This document shows, in pieces, positions 1-11,173 of a stretch of 64,000 nt of DNA. Position 1 is the first letter of the stretch. The number at the start of each line of letters is the position of its first letter. Under the pieces are notes generated by a model. The model saw only the letters and a list, made by a program, of their open reading frames with translations, had not been told where the DNA came from and did not search any database. The DNA is from Bdellovibrionales bacterium (GTDB lineage Bacteria; Bdellovibrionota; Bdellovibrionia; Bdellovibrionales; UBA1609): NCBI GenBank assembly GCA_965200875.1, contig OZ241456.1, forward strand, positions 1,344,001-1,408,000, read 5' to 3'. A program made the position numbers and the translations under genes.

Positions 1-390
1 ATAAGCGTCCATTAATTCTCCAGCCAGCCGATCTGCCATTTTTTTTTCCTTTCGTGCGCGGGAATTTATAATGATCCATCGGATGGCCAAGGAAGATCTG
101 CGCGCTGGACGCACATCCACCGGCACCTGATAAGTGGAACCTCCTACACGACGGGACCGTACTTCTAAATTTGGTTTGCAGTTATCTATGGCTTTTTTGA
201 ATACAGAGATAGCACTTTCTGTAGGGTGTTTTTTGCTGATTATTTCCAAAGCTCCATAGACAATGCCTCGGGCCAGCTCTTTTTTGCCATCCCACATGAT
301 TTTATTTATAAAATAAGAAACAGTGGTGTCTGCATACACGGGATCCGGTTTAGCGTCTTTTTTGTGAATTTTCCGACTTCTGCGGGACAT
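1..390 (-). CDS. rpsG: 30S ribosomal protein S7 (5' part; runs off the window edge)
   Basis: Manual translation from ATG at 390: MSRRSRK...PDPVY...FINKIMWDGKK...EVRSRRVGGSTYQVPVDV; directly downstream of rpsL. Confidence 0.97.
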   Translation of the reverse strand, partial: MSRRSRKIHKKDAKPDPVYADTTVSYFINKIMWDGKKELARGIVYGALEIISKKHPTESAISVFKKAIDNCKPNLEVRSRRVGGSTYQVPVDVRPARRSSLAIRWIIINSRARKEKKMADRLAGELMDAY

Positions 391-437
391 ATTTTTAACC
401 TTGTTGTTTTACAGTTGTTTTATTTCTTAAAATAAAT

Positions 438-815
438 TCAGCTTTTCTTTATCTTTTTGGTTCCATATCGGGAACGGCCTCTTTTCCTGTCTTTTACTCC
501 TTGCGTGTCTAAATGGCCACGGACAATATGGTATTTTACCCCGGGCAAGTCCTGTACACGACCTCCACGAACCAACACAACGGAGTGCTCCTGAAGGTTA
601 TGCCCTTCTCCGGGAATATAGGAATTAACTTCAAATCCGTTGGTCAGGCGTACACGCGCCACCTTACGGAGCGCGGAATTGGGTTTTTTAGGAGAACGGG
701 TGTGCACACGGGTGCATACCCCTCTGCGCTGAGGACAGGAAGTGAGAGCAGGGGATTTTGTTCTGGTTCGCTGAACTTTTCTGTTATTACGAATCAGCTG
801 ATTTAAAGTAGGCAT
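438..815 (-). CDS. rpsL: 30S ribosomal protein S12
   Basis: MPTLNQL...CPQRRGVC...[10 protein letters not shown]...[10 protein letters not shown]...RVQDLPGV signature. Confidence 0.99.
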   Translation of the reverse strand: MPTLNQLIRNNRKVQRTRTKSPALTSCPQRRGVCTRVHTRSPKKPNSALRKVARVRLTNGFEVNSYIPGEGHNLQEHSVVLVRGGRVQDLPGVKYHIVRGHLDTQGVKDRKRGRSRYGTKKIKKS

Positions 816-982
816 ATTGTTCCTTAAAAATTGTGGTTCGCAGGACTATAACCTGAAACCCCTAAAATGACAACCAACAGATACAAGACCGGTTGATTTT
901 CGTTAAAAATACATTTTTTCATATTTAAAAGTCAAGATAGTTGATTAATCACCCATGAAATAAGAGGTTTTAATAATTTTCC

Positions 983-1011
983 TTGCAATTTTTTCCTGAA
1001 CCTTTTATAAA
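983..1011 (+). promoter_or_regulatory. Putative sigma70-type promoter for recG (TTGCAA-N17-TATAAA)
   Basis: Hexamers with 17-nt spacing upstream of recG; the same arrangement lies upstream of bamA on the - strand. Confidence 0.45.
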
Positions 1012-1148
1012 AAATCAAATAATAACAATGCGTTATGTTCTTGACCTTCAAAATTTGGTCACCGGCTGAAAAGAAGATAAAGTATGAAAATGTTATAGAG
1101 GCCAGTGGTTGATCCAAAATTTGACCACCTTTTGACAAAGAAAGTAAA

Positions 1149-3386
1149 GTGGAAAGAGTTATGGCAACCTCAAAAGAACCCTATAAACCGGAAAATCCGG
1201 CGGAGCGAAAAATATCAATGGATAACACATTCCCTGTTCCTGCGCGCGAACCTATTGACGCAAAAACTGTCTCTTCTGAAAAACCTTCTGTTTTCTCAAA
1301 AATGCTACAGCCAACAACTTCACTTCAATATTTGAAAGGAGTGGGACCAAAGCTGGCCCAGTATTTTTCACGGAAAAACATAAATACTGTGTATGATTTG
1401 ATTCACTGGTACCCTCGTACTTATAGAGATCAGCGTGCTGTTCGTGATTTTTCCCAGATGGCACATGGAACTTATGTGACTTTGTTTGGTTATGTCGAGG
1501 AAAAAAAAACTATTCATCTAAGAAGTGGAAAAACCCTTTACCTTGTAATGATAAAAACCGAAGGGGGGGAGGGGGTTACTTGTAAGTATTTTCGTCTCCC
1601 ATACAGGGGATACTTTGACAGTCTGGATATCTATCAGAAAGTGAAAGTGGTGGGAAAAATCACTTATTACGACAACCAGCCGGAATTGCATCACCCTGAT
1701 ATATATCCTTTTAAAGAAAGTGAAGGGCAAAAGGATATGCTCTTGCCCGTTTACACGGAAATGGAAAAAGTCAGTCAAAACAAGATCAGAAAAATGATAG
1801 ACACAGCGTTTGCAGGTTTAAAGCAAAATCCAGATTTTATTAATTCCGATCCCCTACCTCTCTGGCTCAGAGAGGACAATAATTTACTTGGCAAAGTAAG
1901 AGCACTGGAGCTTTTGCATCAACCTGATCAGGATAAAGTGGAAGAATACCTGCGTTTTCGTTCTCCGGCGCAAAAACGTCTTATTTTTGAAGAATTTTTC
2001 TTTTTACAACTTTACATGGGAATGAAAAGCTCTGGTCTTAAAAAAGAAAAAACACAACCCATAAAACCTGCTCTTAACCTCAGTGACAAATTAAAAAACT
2101 CTCTTCCTTTCGAGCTGACTTCTGCTCAGAAAAGAGTGCTGACGGAGATAAGTCAGGATATGCAAAATGACTACCCCATGCACCGGTTGGTTCAAGGAGA
2201 TGTAGGTTGTGGTAAAACTGTTGTAGCCTTGCTTTCCGCCTGCCAAGTGATAGAAAACGGCTTTCAATGTGCGATTATGGCTCCCACGGAAATTCTGGCA
2301 GAACAACATTATAAAAATGCAGTGGCTCTTTTGCAACCTCTTGGGATTCATGTTTCTCTTTTAACGAGCAGTATCCGTGTTAAACAAAAAAGAGAAATAT
2401 TGGAAAAACTGGCCAGTGGGTACACTTCTCTTTGCATAGGAACTCATGCTCTTATTCAGGAAGCTGTACAGTTTAAAAATCTGGCTTTAGTGGTCATTGA
2501 TGAGCAACATCGCTTCGGGGTGCATCAAAGAGGTCTTTTAAAAGGAAAAGGTATGCGTCCACATTTTTTGGTAATGACAGCCACTCCTATCCCGCGCAGT
2601 TTGGCCCTGACTTTGTATGGAGATCTTAATGTGTCTGTTATTGATGAAATGCCAAAAGGACGGAAAACAATAGTGACTCAAAGAATGTACGCGTCCAAAA
2701 GAGACCAAGTGTGGGGTTTGCTGGAGAATCAGATTTTGTCTGGGCGACAAGCTTATATTGTATACCCATTGGTGGAGGAAAGTGAACATGTTGATCTTAA
2801 AAACGCAGTGGAAGAGTATGAAAAACTAAAAGTCAGATTTCCTGATTTCAAATCAGGCCTAGTACATGGCCGGCTTTCTTTTTATGAAAAACAGGAAGTT
2901 ATGTCTGCCTTTGCGCGCGGAGAAATTCAAATATTGGTAAGCACTACTGTCATTGAAGTGGGAGTGGATGTGCCAAATGCCAGTATAATGATAGTGGAGC
3001 ACGCTGAACGATTTGGTTTGTCTCAGCTTCATCAGTTAAGAGGGCGTGTGGGCAGAGGAGAGTATACAAGTTATTGCATACTGGTAATGGAAGGGTTTTC
3101 CAAAGAGGCTTTTTCCCGCCTCTCTATTATGGAAAAAACTGCTGACGGATTTAAAATTGCGGAAGCGGATTTGGAAAGAAGAGGGCCAGGGGAGTTTTTA
3201 GGAACTCGTCAATCGGGACTACCAGCTTTCAGGATGGCTCATCTGGTAAGAGATGTGCGTCTTCTTCAACAAGCCAGAGAATCAGCACATAAGATGATAA
3301 AAAAAGATCCTCATTTAAATTACCCGGAACATGAGCTTTTAAAAAAGGAAATGCAAAAGCTTTCCAACCGCCTTCTTCCCGGTTAA
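1149..3386 (+). CDS. recG: ATP-dependent DNA helicase RecG (start may be ATG at 1161)
   Basis: LKGVGPK, wedge domain, QGDVGCGKT, DEQHRFG, MTATPIPRSL, QLHQLRGRVGRG, RGPGEFLGTRQSG. Confidence 0.97.
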   Translation: MERVMATSKEPYKPENPAERKISMDNTFPVPAREPIDAKTVSSEKPSVFSKMLQPTTSLQYLKGVGPKLAQYFSRKNINTVYDLIHWYPRTYRDQRAVRDFSQMAHGTYVTLFGYVEEKKTIHLRSGKTLYLVMIKTEGGEGVTCKYFRLPYRGYFDSLDIYQKVKVVGKITYYDNQPELHHPDIYPFKESEGQKDMLLPVYTEMEKVSQNKIRKMIDTAFAGLKQNPDFINSDPLPLWLREDNNLLGKVRALELLHQPDQDKVEEYLRFRSPAQKRLIFEEFFFLQLYMGMKSSGLKKEKTQPIKPALNLSDKLKNSLPFELTSAQKRVLTEISQDMQNDYPMHRLVQGDVGCGKTVVALLSACQVIENGFQCAIMAPTEILAEQHYKNAVALLQPLGIHVSLLTSSIRVKQKREILEKLASGYTSLCIGTHALIQEAVQFKNLALVVIDEQHRFGVHQRGLLKGKGMRPHFLVMTATPIPRSLALTLYGDLNVSVIDEMPKGRKTIVTQRMYASKRDQVWGLLENQILSGRQAYIVYPLVEESEHVDLKNAVEEYEKLKVRFPDFKSGLVHGRLSFYEKQEVMSAFARGEIQILVSTTVIEVGVDVPNASIMIVEHAERFGLSQLHQLRGRVGRGEYTSYCILVMEGFSKEAFSRLSIMEKTADGFKIAEADLERRGPGEFLGTRQSGLPAFRMAHLVRDVRLLQQARESAHKMIKKDPHLNYPEHELLKKEMQKLSNRLLPG

Positions 3387-3461
3387 AATCATGAGCTGAT
3401 TTCCACTTCTTTCAATAAATACCTATTCCCTTTTTTCAATAAATACACTACACTTTTCCTC

Positions 3462-5213
3462 ATGATACAGTTTGACACTAAAAATCAGCCTTTTCGGGAT
3501 GTTATGGGTAATAACCTGAAATACACTGTTCCTCGGTTTCAAAGGGATTACTCATGGGGAGAAGAGCAATGGGACGATTTGTGGCAGGATCTGCATGGTT
3601 ATTCTGAAAGCTCCCGAAACACACAATCTGCCCATTATATGGGGTATCTTGTTTTACAGTCTTCTGATGGCAAAAACTTTATCATTATTGACGGGCAACA
3701 AAGGCTTACCACCATCAGCATTATTATTCTTTCGGCTCTTTATGAATTAAAAAAATTGATCACAGAAAAAATACAGCCTGAAGATAATCAAAGAAGACTG
3801 GACACATTTCGTAACAGATTTATCGGCTTTACTAATCCTGTATCGCTTTTAACAGAAAATAAACTAACTCTTAACAGAAATAATGACAGTTTTTTTAAAA
3901 CCTACTTGTGCAGTTTATCAGAACCTCCTGTAAGAAAATTAAACCACTCTGAAAAACTAATAAGAGAGGCTTTGGATTATTTTAGAAAAAAGTTTCAGGC
4001 AGATTTATCTGAAAAGGTTCCAGAAGAAAAAGGAAGACAAATAGCCCAGCTGATTGACAATATGACAGATCGTCTTTTCTTTACGATTATTACTGTTGAT
4101 AGTGTGGCCAATGCCTATACAGTATTTGAAACTTTAAATGCTAGGGGAGTACAGTTATCCACTCCGGATTTGGTGAAAAATTATATTTTTTCTCTTATTG
4201 ACAGTAAAAAACAACTTCATGATCAGGCATTAGAAAACCTAGAGAGTAAATGGAGTAATATTGTTCACCAGTTGGGAAAGCATAAATTTTCGGATTTTAT
4301 CAGAGTGGATTGGAACAGCAAAAACAATTTTTCCAGAGCCAATGAATTATTTAAGAAAATAAAAGTAAACCTGAATAATAATGAACAAAAAGCCTCTGAC
4401 TATTTGGAGGGTTTGCAAAAAAACTCTGAGATCTATTCCGCTTTAAAGGATTACAATGATGAATTTTGGAAACATCATGAAAATGGCCTGTATAATAACG
4501 ATAAGTTGAAGTTAAGTCTTAAGACATTAAATATGTTTAATATTGTGGCTCCTATTAGTGTTTTAATTTCAGCATTTCATAAATTTAGCGCAAGTGATTT
4601 TATAAAATTTGTCCGTTATATCGAGGTTATTTCTGTCAGATATAATATTATATGTGGTCATAGTAGTCCTAGCCGGCAAGAGAGAGCTTACTCTGAAACC
4701 GCTCGGAAAATTACACATTCATCCAGTCAATCTTTAAATGAGGTGTTAATTCTTCTTAAGAAAATATATCCTTCGGATGAGGAGTTTATTCACGATTTTA
4801 ATATCAAAAGATTTAAAACACAACAAACAAATAGAAAAGCTTGTTACCTTCTTTACAGAATTGAAAAATTTTTGAATCCAAGTAATAATGCCAGTAGTGA
4901 TCTTGATTCCATTACCTTGGAACATATTCTGCCAGTGAAACCCACTCAGGATTGGATAAAAGAACTTAAGTCTGATGAGCAAGTGGAAGAGTGGGTTGAA
5001 CGCATAGGCAATTTCACAATAATGTCTCGAAAACAAAATAAAGAAGTAGGTGGAAAAAGCTTTAAAGAAAAAAAAGTTTTTTTTGCAAAAAGCAATTTTA
5101 CAGTCACAAAAAAATGTGCAGAATATGATGAATGGAACGAAGAAAGTATTGCCAAACATCAGCGGTGGCTGGCGAAACAGGCTAAAAGTCTCTGGTGTCT
5201 ACCTGATTCATAA
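3462..5213 (+). CDS. GmrSD-like (DUF262 + DUF1524/HNH) modification-dependent restriction protein
   Basis: VPRFQRDYSW, IIDGQQRLTT and FETLNARG (DUF262); LEHILP...IGNF (DUF1524 HNH). Confidence 0.88.
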   Translation: MIQFDTKNQPFRDVMGNNLKYTVPRFQRDYSWGEEQWDDLWQDLHGYSESSRNTQSAHYMGYLVLQSSDGKNFIIIDGQQRLTTISIIILSALYELKKLITEKIQPEDNQRRLDTFRNRFIGFTNPVSLLTENKLTLNRNNDSFFKTYLCSLSEPPVRKLNHSEKLIREALDYFRKKFQADLSEKVPEEKGRQIAQLIDNMTDRLFFTIITVDSVANAYTVFETLNARGVQLSTPDLVKNYIFSLIDSKKQLHDQALENLESKWSNIVHQLGKHKFSDFIRVDWNSKNNFSRANELFKKIKVNLNNNEQKASDYLEGLQKNSEIYSALKDYNDEFWKHHENGLYNNDKLKLSLKTLNMFNIVAPISVLISAFHKFSASDFIKFVRYIEVISVRYNIICGHSSPSRQERAYSETARKITHSSSQSLNEVLILLKKIYPSDEEFIHDFNIKRFKTQQTNRKACYLLYRIEKFLNPSNNASSDLDSITLEHILPVKPTQDWIKELKSDEQVEEWVERIGNFTIMSRKQNKEVGGKSFKEKKVFFAKSNFTVTKKCAEYDEWNEESIAKHQRWLAKQAKSLWCLPDS

Positions 5214-5222
5214 AATTTTTGC

Positions 5223-7811
5223 TTATTTCCATCTTATTATTTCCCCTAAATCTTTTTTCCAGGTTTTTTCCATAAGGATTTTAAAAATCATTTTTTGTTC
5301 TTTTTCTGAAACAACCTCCATATCGCCCACACTTACAGATTTATTGGTGGCGTATTTTTCCAAAATTTTAAAGAGGTTTTTTTTATACTCTGTATCTTCA
5401 TTTCCTTTTAAGTAGTCACCTTTGGTTTCCAAAACAGACAGTTTTTTTATTTTATTATCGGGACTGATGAAAGCCAAAAAATCAGGATAGACTTTTCTTT
5501 TCTGCCAGCCTTGCAGATAATAGTCTTGTTGCGCAACCATTCTATGCCACCACTTAACTGCTGATTGTTCATCCAAATACCAAGCCACTTGTTTTTCCAA
5601 TTCATTGTAATGACGCTGATAAGTAGTATCAAAAAGCGATATTTGAAAATCTTTGTCGTCCTCTCTTCTTAAGACTGTATCACTTGTAGAAACAATAAAA
5701 TCAATTTCAGGGTCTATTTGCCAATTTATATTGATTTGCTGTTTGAAGATTTTAAAACAAATAGAGCCGTTTTTTAATTTGTCTGTAAAGATTTTTTCTG
5801 AAAGTATGTTCATCTGTTCTTTTATATCCGCTTCCATAGATTCCAAAAGGAAAGCTTTGTTTAAATAGATTGTTTTATCTGATATATTTTTGGCATTTAA
5901 AGTACTCACTGTCTCATCAAAAATTCTTCCCGCTTCAAAAGGGTGAGGGATAAAGTTGCAAAGCCTCTTTATCATAAAAGGGTAGTCCATACTCATAAGG
6001 TTTTCTTTTTTATTTTGGCTTATATACGGCAAGCTGAACTGACCATCTATTTGTACAGCATTAACTTGTAAGGAATCTATTTTTTCAGGAGTCCATATAT
6101 CTTTTTTTGAATAAGATATTTTTGAAAAATCTATCTCTTGAAGAATATCTTGGGAATAAATAATTTTTCTCCATAAACCGTTTTTTTGTTTACACAAAAC
6201 TCTTGGAAGAAAAATTTTTGTATCTTGAAATTTCGGATTTCTTTTTGCTGTTACTTTTTTAAGGTCATTTTCTTGTGTTATTACATAATCCGCTAAGTCA
6301 TCCATTCCCTCTTTTTGTAGTCCTTTTTTAATTTCTGAAACCACCTCTGCCACCGTTTTGTTATAACAAAAAATATAACTTTCATTTAAAGAATCCATTG
6401 ATGTTCTTTGCACATACGGCTGTCTTAAAATTCTGCCTGTCAGCTGAGTTAAAGCCAACTTGGACTTGGACTTGGATAAAATCGCCAGTATATATGCAAA
6501 AGGGCAATCCCATCCCTCCTGAAGAGCTTGCTTTGTAATAATAAATCTCACCGGGGAGGTATCACTTAACAAGTTTTCATCTTTTAGTTCGTCTTTTTCT
6601 GAAACTTTAATTTTTACAGCTGATTCAGAAATGCCAAGATGGGTGATTAAATACTTTTTTACAGTCTCAGAGTGAATAAAATTTTTATCTTTTTGGTCTT
6701 TTCCTGTTCGTTCCACTTGAATAAGCATAATGGGGCGAATGTATTTTTTGCTTTTTTTTCGGTAAGTTTCTGAATCTTTTTCCAACTCAATTAATTTTTC
6801 ATAAGCCAGACATAAAGTTTTTTTCCAATCCCCTCTTTTAGCATTAGTGACATTAATAGGGAGCTTAATCATTTCCTCTTCTTTTAATTTCACACCTGAA
6901 ACACTTACCAAAACATTGCTCAAATGCTCTTTCATATTGGGCGTGGCTGACAATTCAAGAATAAACTTTGGGTTAAGGCCGGCCAGGGTTTTTCTTGCTA
7001 ATTCAGAATAAGCCCTGTGCCCTTCATCCATAACGACAATTGGCCGGGCGATTCTTATAGCATTACCTAAACTGTGTTTTACAGCAAAACCTTTGACACC
7101 TCCTAAAGCCTTTTTACTTTTATATGTGTCTAAGTTGCTGATTTGAAATAAAAGCTCTTTATTAGCTCGATGATTTTCCGGTTCCGGAAAAAAAGAAATA
7201 AAGCGACCTGAATCTTTAAACATTCTTAGAGATTCTTTTGTTTCTCTGTTTGCTGAAGGCAACATTAGAAGCATTACACAAAGATAATCCTGCAAATCTT
7301 GTAAGGAAAAAGCGTCTGTTTTTTCAATAATTTTGATTTTTCCAGCTGAGGCTCTTTCCAAGGTTTTTCTGTAAAAATGAGTACGGTCTCTAAAATTTTT
7401 AAGGGTTTGGCTGTATATGGCTTTTGTGGGAACAATCCATAAAATTAAGCCAGTGTTCTTGCTAAAGTAGTCAAAGTTTATTTTTTCAATGGATGAAACA
7501 CCTATCAGGGTTTTTCCTCCTCCTGTAGGCACTTTTAAACATACATTTGGAATAAGATTCCCTAATCCATCTTTTTTATTTTGATAGGGAGAGAGATGAA
7601 GTTGTCCTTTTTTATTTTGAAGCTTAGGAAGTTTGCCTTCAGTTTGAATTTTATTCCATGTTTTTTGGCAGTAGTACTCTATTTTTCTGTTCCGGCCTTT
7701 GTTTTTATGAAATTCCACTTCATCTTTTTCTTCTATATACTCTTTCTTTAAGAGCTTTAGGTAATAACCCAGCTTTTCTAAGCAAAGCTCTTGAAATTCC
7801 TTTAACTCCAT
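5223..7811 (-). CDS. Type III restriction enzyme Res subunit (helicase + PD-(D/E)xK nuclease)
   Basis: VPTGGGKT Walker A, DEGH, EGWDCP, QLTGRILR, C-terminal YPDF...ETKG; ATG at 7811 overlaps the mod stop (TAATG). Confidence 0.88.
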   Translation of the reverse strand: MELKEFQELCLEKLGYYLKLLKKEYIEEKDEVEFHKNKGRNRKIEYYCQKTWNKIQTEGKLPKLQNKKGQLHLSPYQNKKDGLGNLIPNVCLKVPTGGGKTLIGVSSIEKINFDYFSKNTGLILWIVPTKAIYSQTLKNFRDRTHFYRKTLERASAGKIKIIEKTDAFSLQDLQDYLCVMLLMLPSANRETKESLRMFKDSGRFISFFPEPENHRANKELLFQISNLDTYKSKKALGGVKGFAVKHSLGNAIRIARPIVVMDEGHRAYSELARKTLAGLNPKFILELSATPNMKEHLSNVLVSVSGVKLKEEEMIKLPINVTNAKRGDWKKTLCLAYEKLIELEKDSETYRKKSKKYIRPIMLIQVERTGKDQKDKNFIHSETVKKYLITHLGISESAVKIKVSEKDELKDENLLSDTSPVRFIITKQALQEGWDCPFAYILAILSKSKSKLALTQLTGRILRQPYVQRTSMDSLNESYIFCYNKTVAEVVSEIKKGLQKEGMDDLADYVITQENDLKKVTAKRNPKFQDTKIFLPRVLCKQKNGLWRKIIYSQDILQEIDFSKISYSKKDIWTPEKIDSLQVNAVQIDGQFSLPYISQNKKENLMSMDYPFMIKRLCNFIPHPFEAGRIFDETVSTLNAKNISDKTIYLNKAFLLESMEADIKEQMNILSEKIFTDKLKNGSICFKIFKQQININWQIDPEIDFIVSTSDTVLRREDDKDFQISLFDTTYQRHYNELEKQVAWYLDEQSAVKWWHRMVAQQDYYLQGWQKRKVYPDFLAFISPDNKIKKLSVLETKGDYLKGNEDTEYKKNLFKILEKYATNKSVSVGDMEVVSEKEQKMIFKILMEKTWKKDLGEIIRWK

Positions 7812-9544
7812 TAAGCACCTGCTATTCTGTAAATAGCAAAAGGCAGTTGACAAAAAATAATTCCTTCTTTTGCTAATTCATCTGCTGAATCAAAATAATG
7901 AATAGGAGCAAATACAACTGCTTTTTCGCAGTTTTTTTGATTCATGATTTTTTGGATTTTTTCTTTTCTATCAAGGTTTAAAGCGGATTCTTTACTTCTT
8001 AAAAACTTAATGCTTGGCTTATAGATGACAAAAAAAGCTGTGTTTTTATTTGATTTCCCTATATAAAAATCTTCGGTTTCCGGCACTTTACTTAGAGTTT
8101 GGCCTGTAGCTATATAATAAACATAACTAGAAAGAGTTTTATAACTTGGCAGAGATTTGCCTTTTATCAAATTTTCTTCATTAATTTCTGTTCCAAGAGT
8201 TAAGTAAGTAAAATAGCCACCTAAGCCTTTTTTTAATTTTTCCGGTTTTGCTTTAGGAACACCCTTAATCACCCGACGAACCCTCTCTGCTGTGATTTTA
8301 TCGGCATAATCCTTACACTCCACAAGGATAAATTTTCGGTTTCCTCCGTCTTCTTTATTTAAATCTAAAACAGCATGGGCTGTTGTTCCCGAACCAGCGA
8401 AAGAATCCAAGATAATGGAGTCTTTATCTGCAACAAGGCAAATACATTTTTTTATTATTTCTGGAGACTTTGGATAATCAAAAATATTTTTTTGAAACAG
8501 GGATGATAGACTCTCTTTTCCTACTTCGTGATTTATTTTTTTATCCAACCAGATGGATCGTTCTTTTGTTGTAGCCTGTCCGTTTTCCGGCAAATAATCT
8601 TTTCTGTAAATTCGCCAATATCCTGTTCTCTTTTTTTCTCCAAAAAGCATTAAAGGGTTTTCCAGCACTTTGTCTTTACTCCAAGTCCAGCAACCTTCTT
8701 CACCAGAGGATGATATAGGAAAAACCTCTATGCAATAAGCTTTTGAACGAGATAAAGCCACTTGGCCATTTATAGGATTGACATAAATAGGATAAAACAA
8801 ATTAGGCCGTGTTTTTCGATTAAAAAACTGTATTGCTCCATTCATCAATCTCATAAGGCGATAAACTCCTCTTTTATCTTTCTTTTTATATTCTGAAAGC
8901 GTTTTTTCTTTTTTTGGAATCTCTTTAAGACTGGCCCTTTCAATATTTTTTGAAAAAACAAGGATATACTCATGAGTTCTGGCTATATCTTGCCTTAATG
9001 ATCGTCCACGGGGGTTTGTTTGAGCTGTTATTTGAGCAATATAGTTCTCTTCTCCAAAAATTTCATCCATTATCATCCGCAAATGGTGTTGCTCATTATC
9101 ATCAATACTTATAAAAATCACTCCATCATCAGAAAGCAGTTCTTTAAGAAGATACAATCGTGGCCACATCATACAAAGCCATTTGTCATGTCTTTCCAAG
9201 TCCTCTACACCAATTTCTTTGTTTAGCCACTCTGTAATGAAAGGACTATTTACATTATCATTATATTTCCAGCCTTCGTTACCAGTATTGTAGGGTGGAT
9301 CAATATAGATACACTTTACCTTTCCGGCATATCTTGGTAAAAGAGCTTTTAAAGCATGAAGATTATCCCCATGAATAATCAGATTGTCGTCATCCAAACT
9401 TAGCATTCTTTGCGCGCTCTTTTGGCCGGCTTGACCGGCAGGAGGCGAAAGGGATTTTTTTTCATCAATTTCCAACGAACGAAAAGGAACTCCCAGATGA
9501 TGAGAATAAACAGAGGACTTTCCTTTAAAATTCAAAACCGGCAT
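7811..9544 (-). CDS. Type III RM methyltransferase Mod subunit
   Basis: IHGDNL, IYIDPPYNTG, FISIDDNE, YPKS, ILDSFAGSGTT (beta-class MTase motif order). Confidence 0.92.
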   Translation of the reverse strand: MPVLNFKGKSSVYSHHLGVPFRSLEIDEKKSLSPPAGQAGQKSAQRMLSLDDDNLIIHGDNLHALKALLPRYAGKVKCIYIDPPYNTGNEGWKYNDNVNSPFITEWLNKEIGVEDLERHDKWLCMMWPRLYLLKELLSDDGVIFISIDDNEQHHLRMIMDEIFGEENYIAQITAQTNPRGRSLRQDIARTHEYILVFSKNIERASLKEIPKKEKTLSEYKKKDKRGVYRLMRLMNGAIQFFNRKTRPNLFYPIYVNPINGQVALSRSKAYCIEVFPISSSGEEGCWTWSKDKVLENPLMLFGEKKRTGYWRIYRKDYLPENGQATTKERSIWLDKKINHEVGKESLSSLFQKNIFDYPKSPEIIKKCICLVADKDSIILDSFAGSGTTAHAVLDLNKEDGGNRKFILVECKDYADKITAERVRRVIKGVPKAKPEKLKKGLGGYFTYLTLGTEINEENLIKGKSLPSYKTLSSYVYYIATGQTLSKVPETEDFYIGKSNKNTAFFVIYKPSIKFLRSKESALNLDRKEKIQKIMNQKNCEKAVVFAPIHYFDSADELAKEGIIFCQLPFAIYRIAGA

Positions 9545-9765
9545 TTAAAAACTCCTGTCTTTTCTTAGCAAATAACTACCTGAAAAGCATATAGCTATCA
9601 GCAAAAAACAGGAATATTTTGCTCTGCATAAAATATCTTCACATCTCCTGTGAAAATCTTTAAGTATCGGTAATGACTAATTTATTGCATTGTGTCGAAG
9701 TCAGGAAAATTTAAAAAGTTACTTCATATAACTTTTCCGTGGATTGGTAGTAAAATTTGGAAAGT

Positions 9766-11100
9766 TTAATAGAGCAAAAAATTCTTTCTTTGTTTGATCC
9801 AGAGTGTTTCGTCTGGGAAAAGCTTTTTTTCCAGATCTAAAACGGAAGCGTTGTCATCTTCGATCCAGTTTCTTAAAAAATCATCACCGGATAAAATATC
9901 AACTGGCAATTTTTCATATTCATATTCGTAAGGAGGAAGTGTTATCCAATCGAAGTCAGGATGATGCTTTTTAAGACATTTTAGAAACAAACTTATCAGG
10001 CGGTAAGGTGAAAATTTTTTTTCATCATAAAAAGGTGCTGTGGCATAAATACGAATGGCAGAACAAATCTGGTTTTGAAATTTATCAGCCACTGGCTGAA
10101 AAAACTCTTCTCTTAAAGCAGAGCCTCCAAGCCAATGAGGAGCTAAATGAATCATGGATTTTAGTATAGCGTGGGCATTCATGTTGGGAAATCCAAAAGC
10201 TTTTAAAGGAAAAACAGTCCCTCGTGCCTCAGAAATATTTGTTCCTTCCAACAGAACAGTGCCACTGTAACAACGAGCACACTCCTCATCCACCATATTG
10301 GGACTGGGAAGTAACCAAGGAACACCTGTGGGCCAAGCCTTTTTTTCTGGATAGTATTCCCGCATTTTAATTATTTGCAAGTTGAGATTCAAGTTTTTTA
10401 AAGAGCAATACCACTTGGCTGATTCTCCTAAAGTCAGGCCATGCCGAATGGGAAGAGGACCGGCACCAACAAAACTGAAAAAATTTTTGTTCAATATGGA
10501 ACCTTCTGCTTTTCGGCCTGCGGGATTGGGACGATCCAATATCCATACTTCTTTGTTGGCTGTGGAGCAATCCTCCAGCACATAAAAAAGCGTTGTTAAA
10601 TAAGTGTAAACACGACAACCTACATCCTGAAGATCTACAATTAAAACATCAAAACAGGAAAGCATTTCCTTGGTGAGTCTCTTTGTTTTTTCAGAGTAAA
10701 GACTGAAAACAGGGTAATGGTTTGTCGTCTTCCGGGTATGTTTGTGCTGTGTTTTAAGAGAGGAATCTTTTTCAGTTTTGGAGTGTATTTCAGCTTGAGT
10801 GGCTGATGATTGTGCGTTGTTCTCTGAACAGTCAATGGGGTTAGAAACCAAGAACCTCAATTTTGTGGAATGTTCATCTTCTGTTGTAATCATGTTGGCT
10901 TGTTGAACAGCTTTAAAACCATGTTGAGGGCCTATGACACAGCTGACTTTTAAGGGTGTGTAGGATTGAATCAACTCAAGAGAACTTTGCAGATTTTGAG
11001 ACACAGAAGCGGAATGCCCCAAGAAAGCCACACGGCAATTTTCCAGCCGACCTCGCCAAGCTTTTTCTTTGATAAAAGATTCAATGCCCAGTTCAAACAT
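9766..11100 (-). CDS. namZ: Exo-beta-N-acetylmuramidase NamZ / DUF1343 family
   Basis: GPQHG, DLQDVGCRVYTY, LDRPNP, RHGLTLGE, PSPNM, EGTNISEARGT. Confidence 0.85.
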   Translation of the reverse strand: MFELGIESFIKEKAWRGRLENCRVAFLGHSASVSQNLQSSLELIQSYTPLKVSCVIGPQHGFKAVQQANMITTEDEHSTKLRFLVSNPIDCSENNAQSSATQAEIHSKTEKDSSLKTQHKHTRKTTNHYPVFSLYSEKTKRLTKEMLSCFDVLIVDLQDVGCRVYTYLTTLFYVLEDCSTANKEVWILDRPNPAGRKAEGSILNKNFFSFVGAGPLPIRHGLTLGESAKWYCSLKNLNLNLQIIKMREYYPEKKAWPTGVPWLLPSPNMVDEECARCYSGTVLLEGTNISEARGTVFPLKAFGFPNMNAHAILKSMIHLAPHWLGGSALREEFFQPVADKFQNQICSAIRIYATAPFYDEKKFSPYRLISLFLKCLKKHHPDFDWITLPPYEYEYEKLPVDILSGDDFLRNWIEDDNASVLDLEKKLFPDETLWIKQRKNFLLY

Positions 11101-11173
11101 ACAGTAAAGAACCTCAAGAGCTGTTATGAACCATTAAACTTTAGAGGAATTAACAACAAGCAGATTACTGATC

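Noticed and set aside
7811..9544. Phase-variable type III mod gene
   Set aside because: No simple-sequence repeat tract seen; the ORF is intact.
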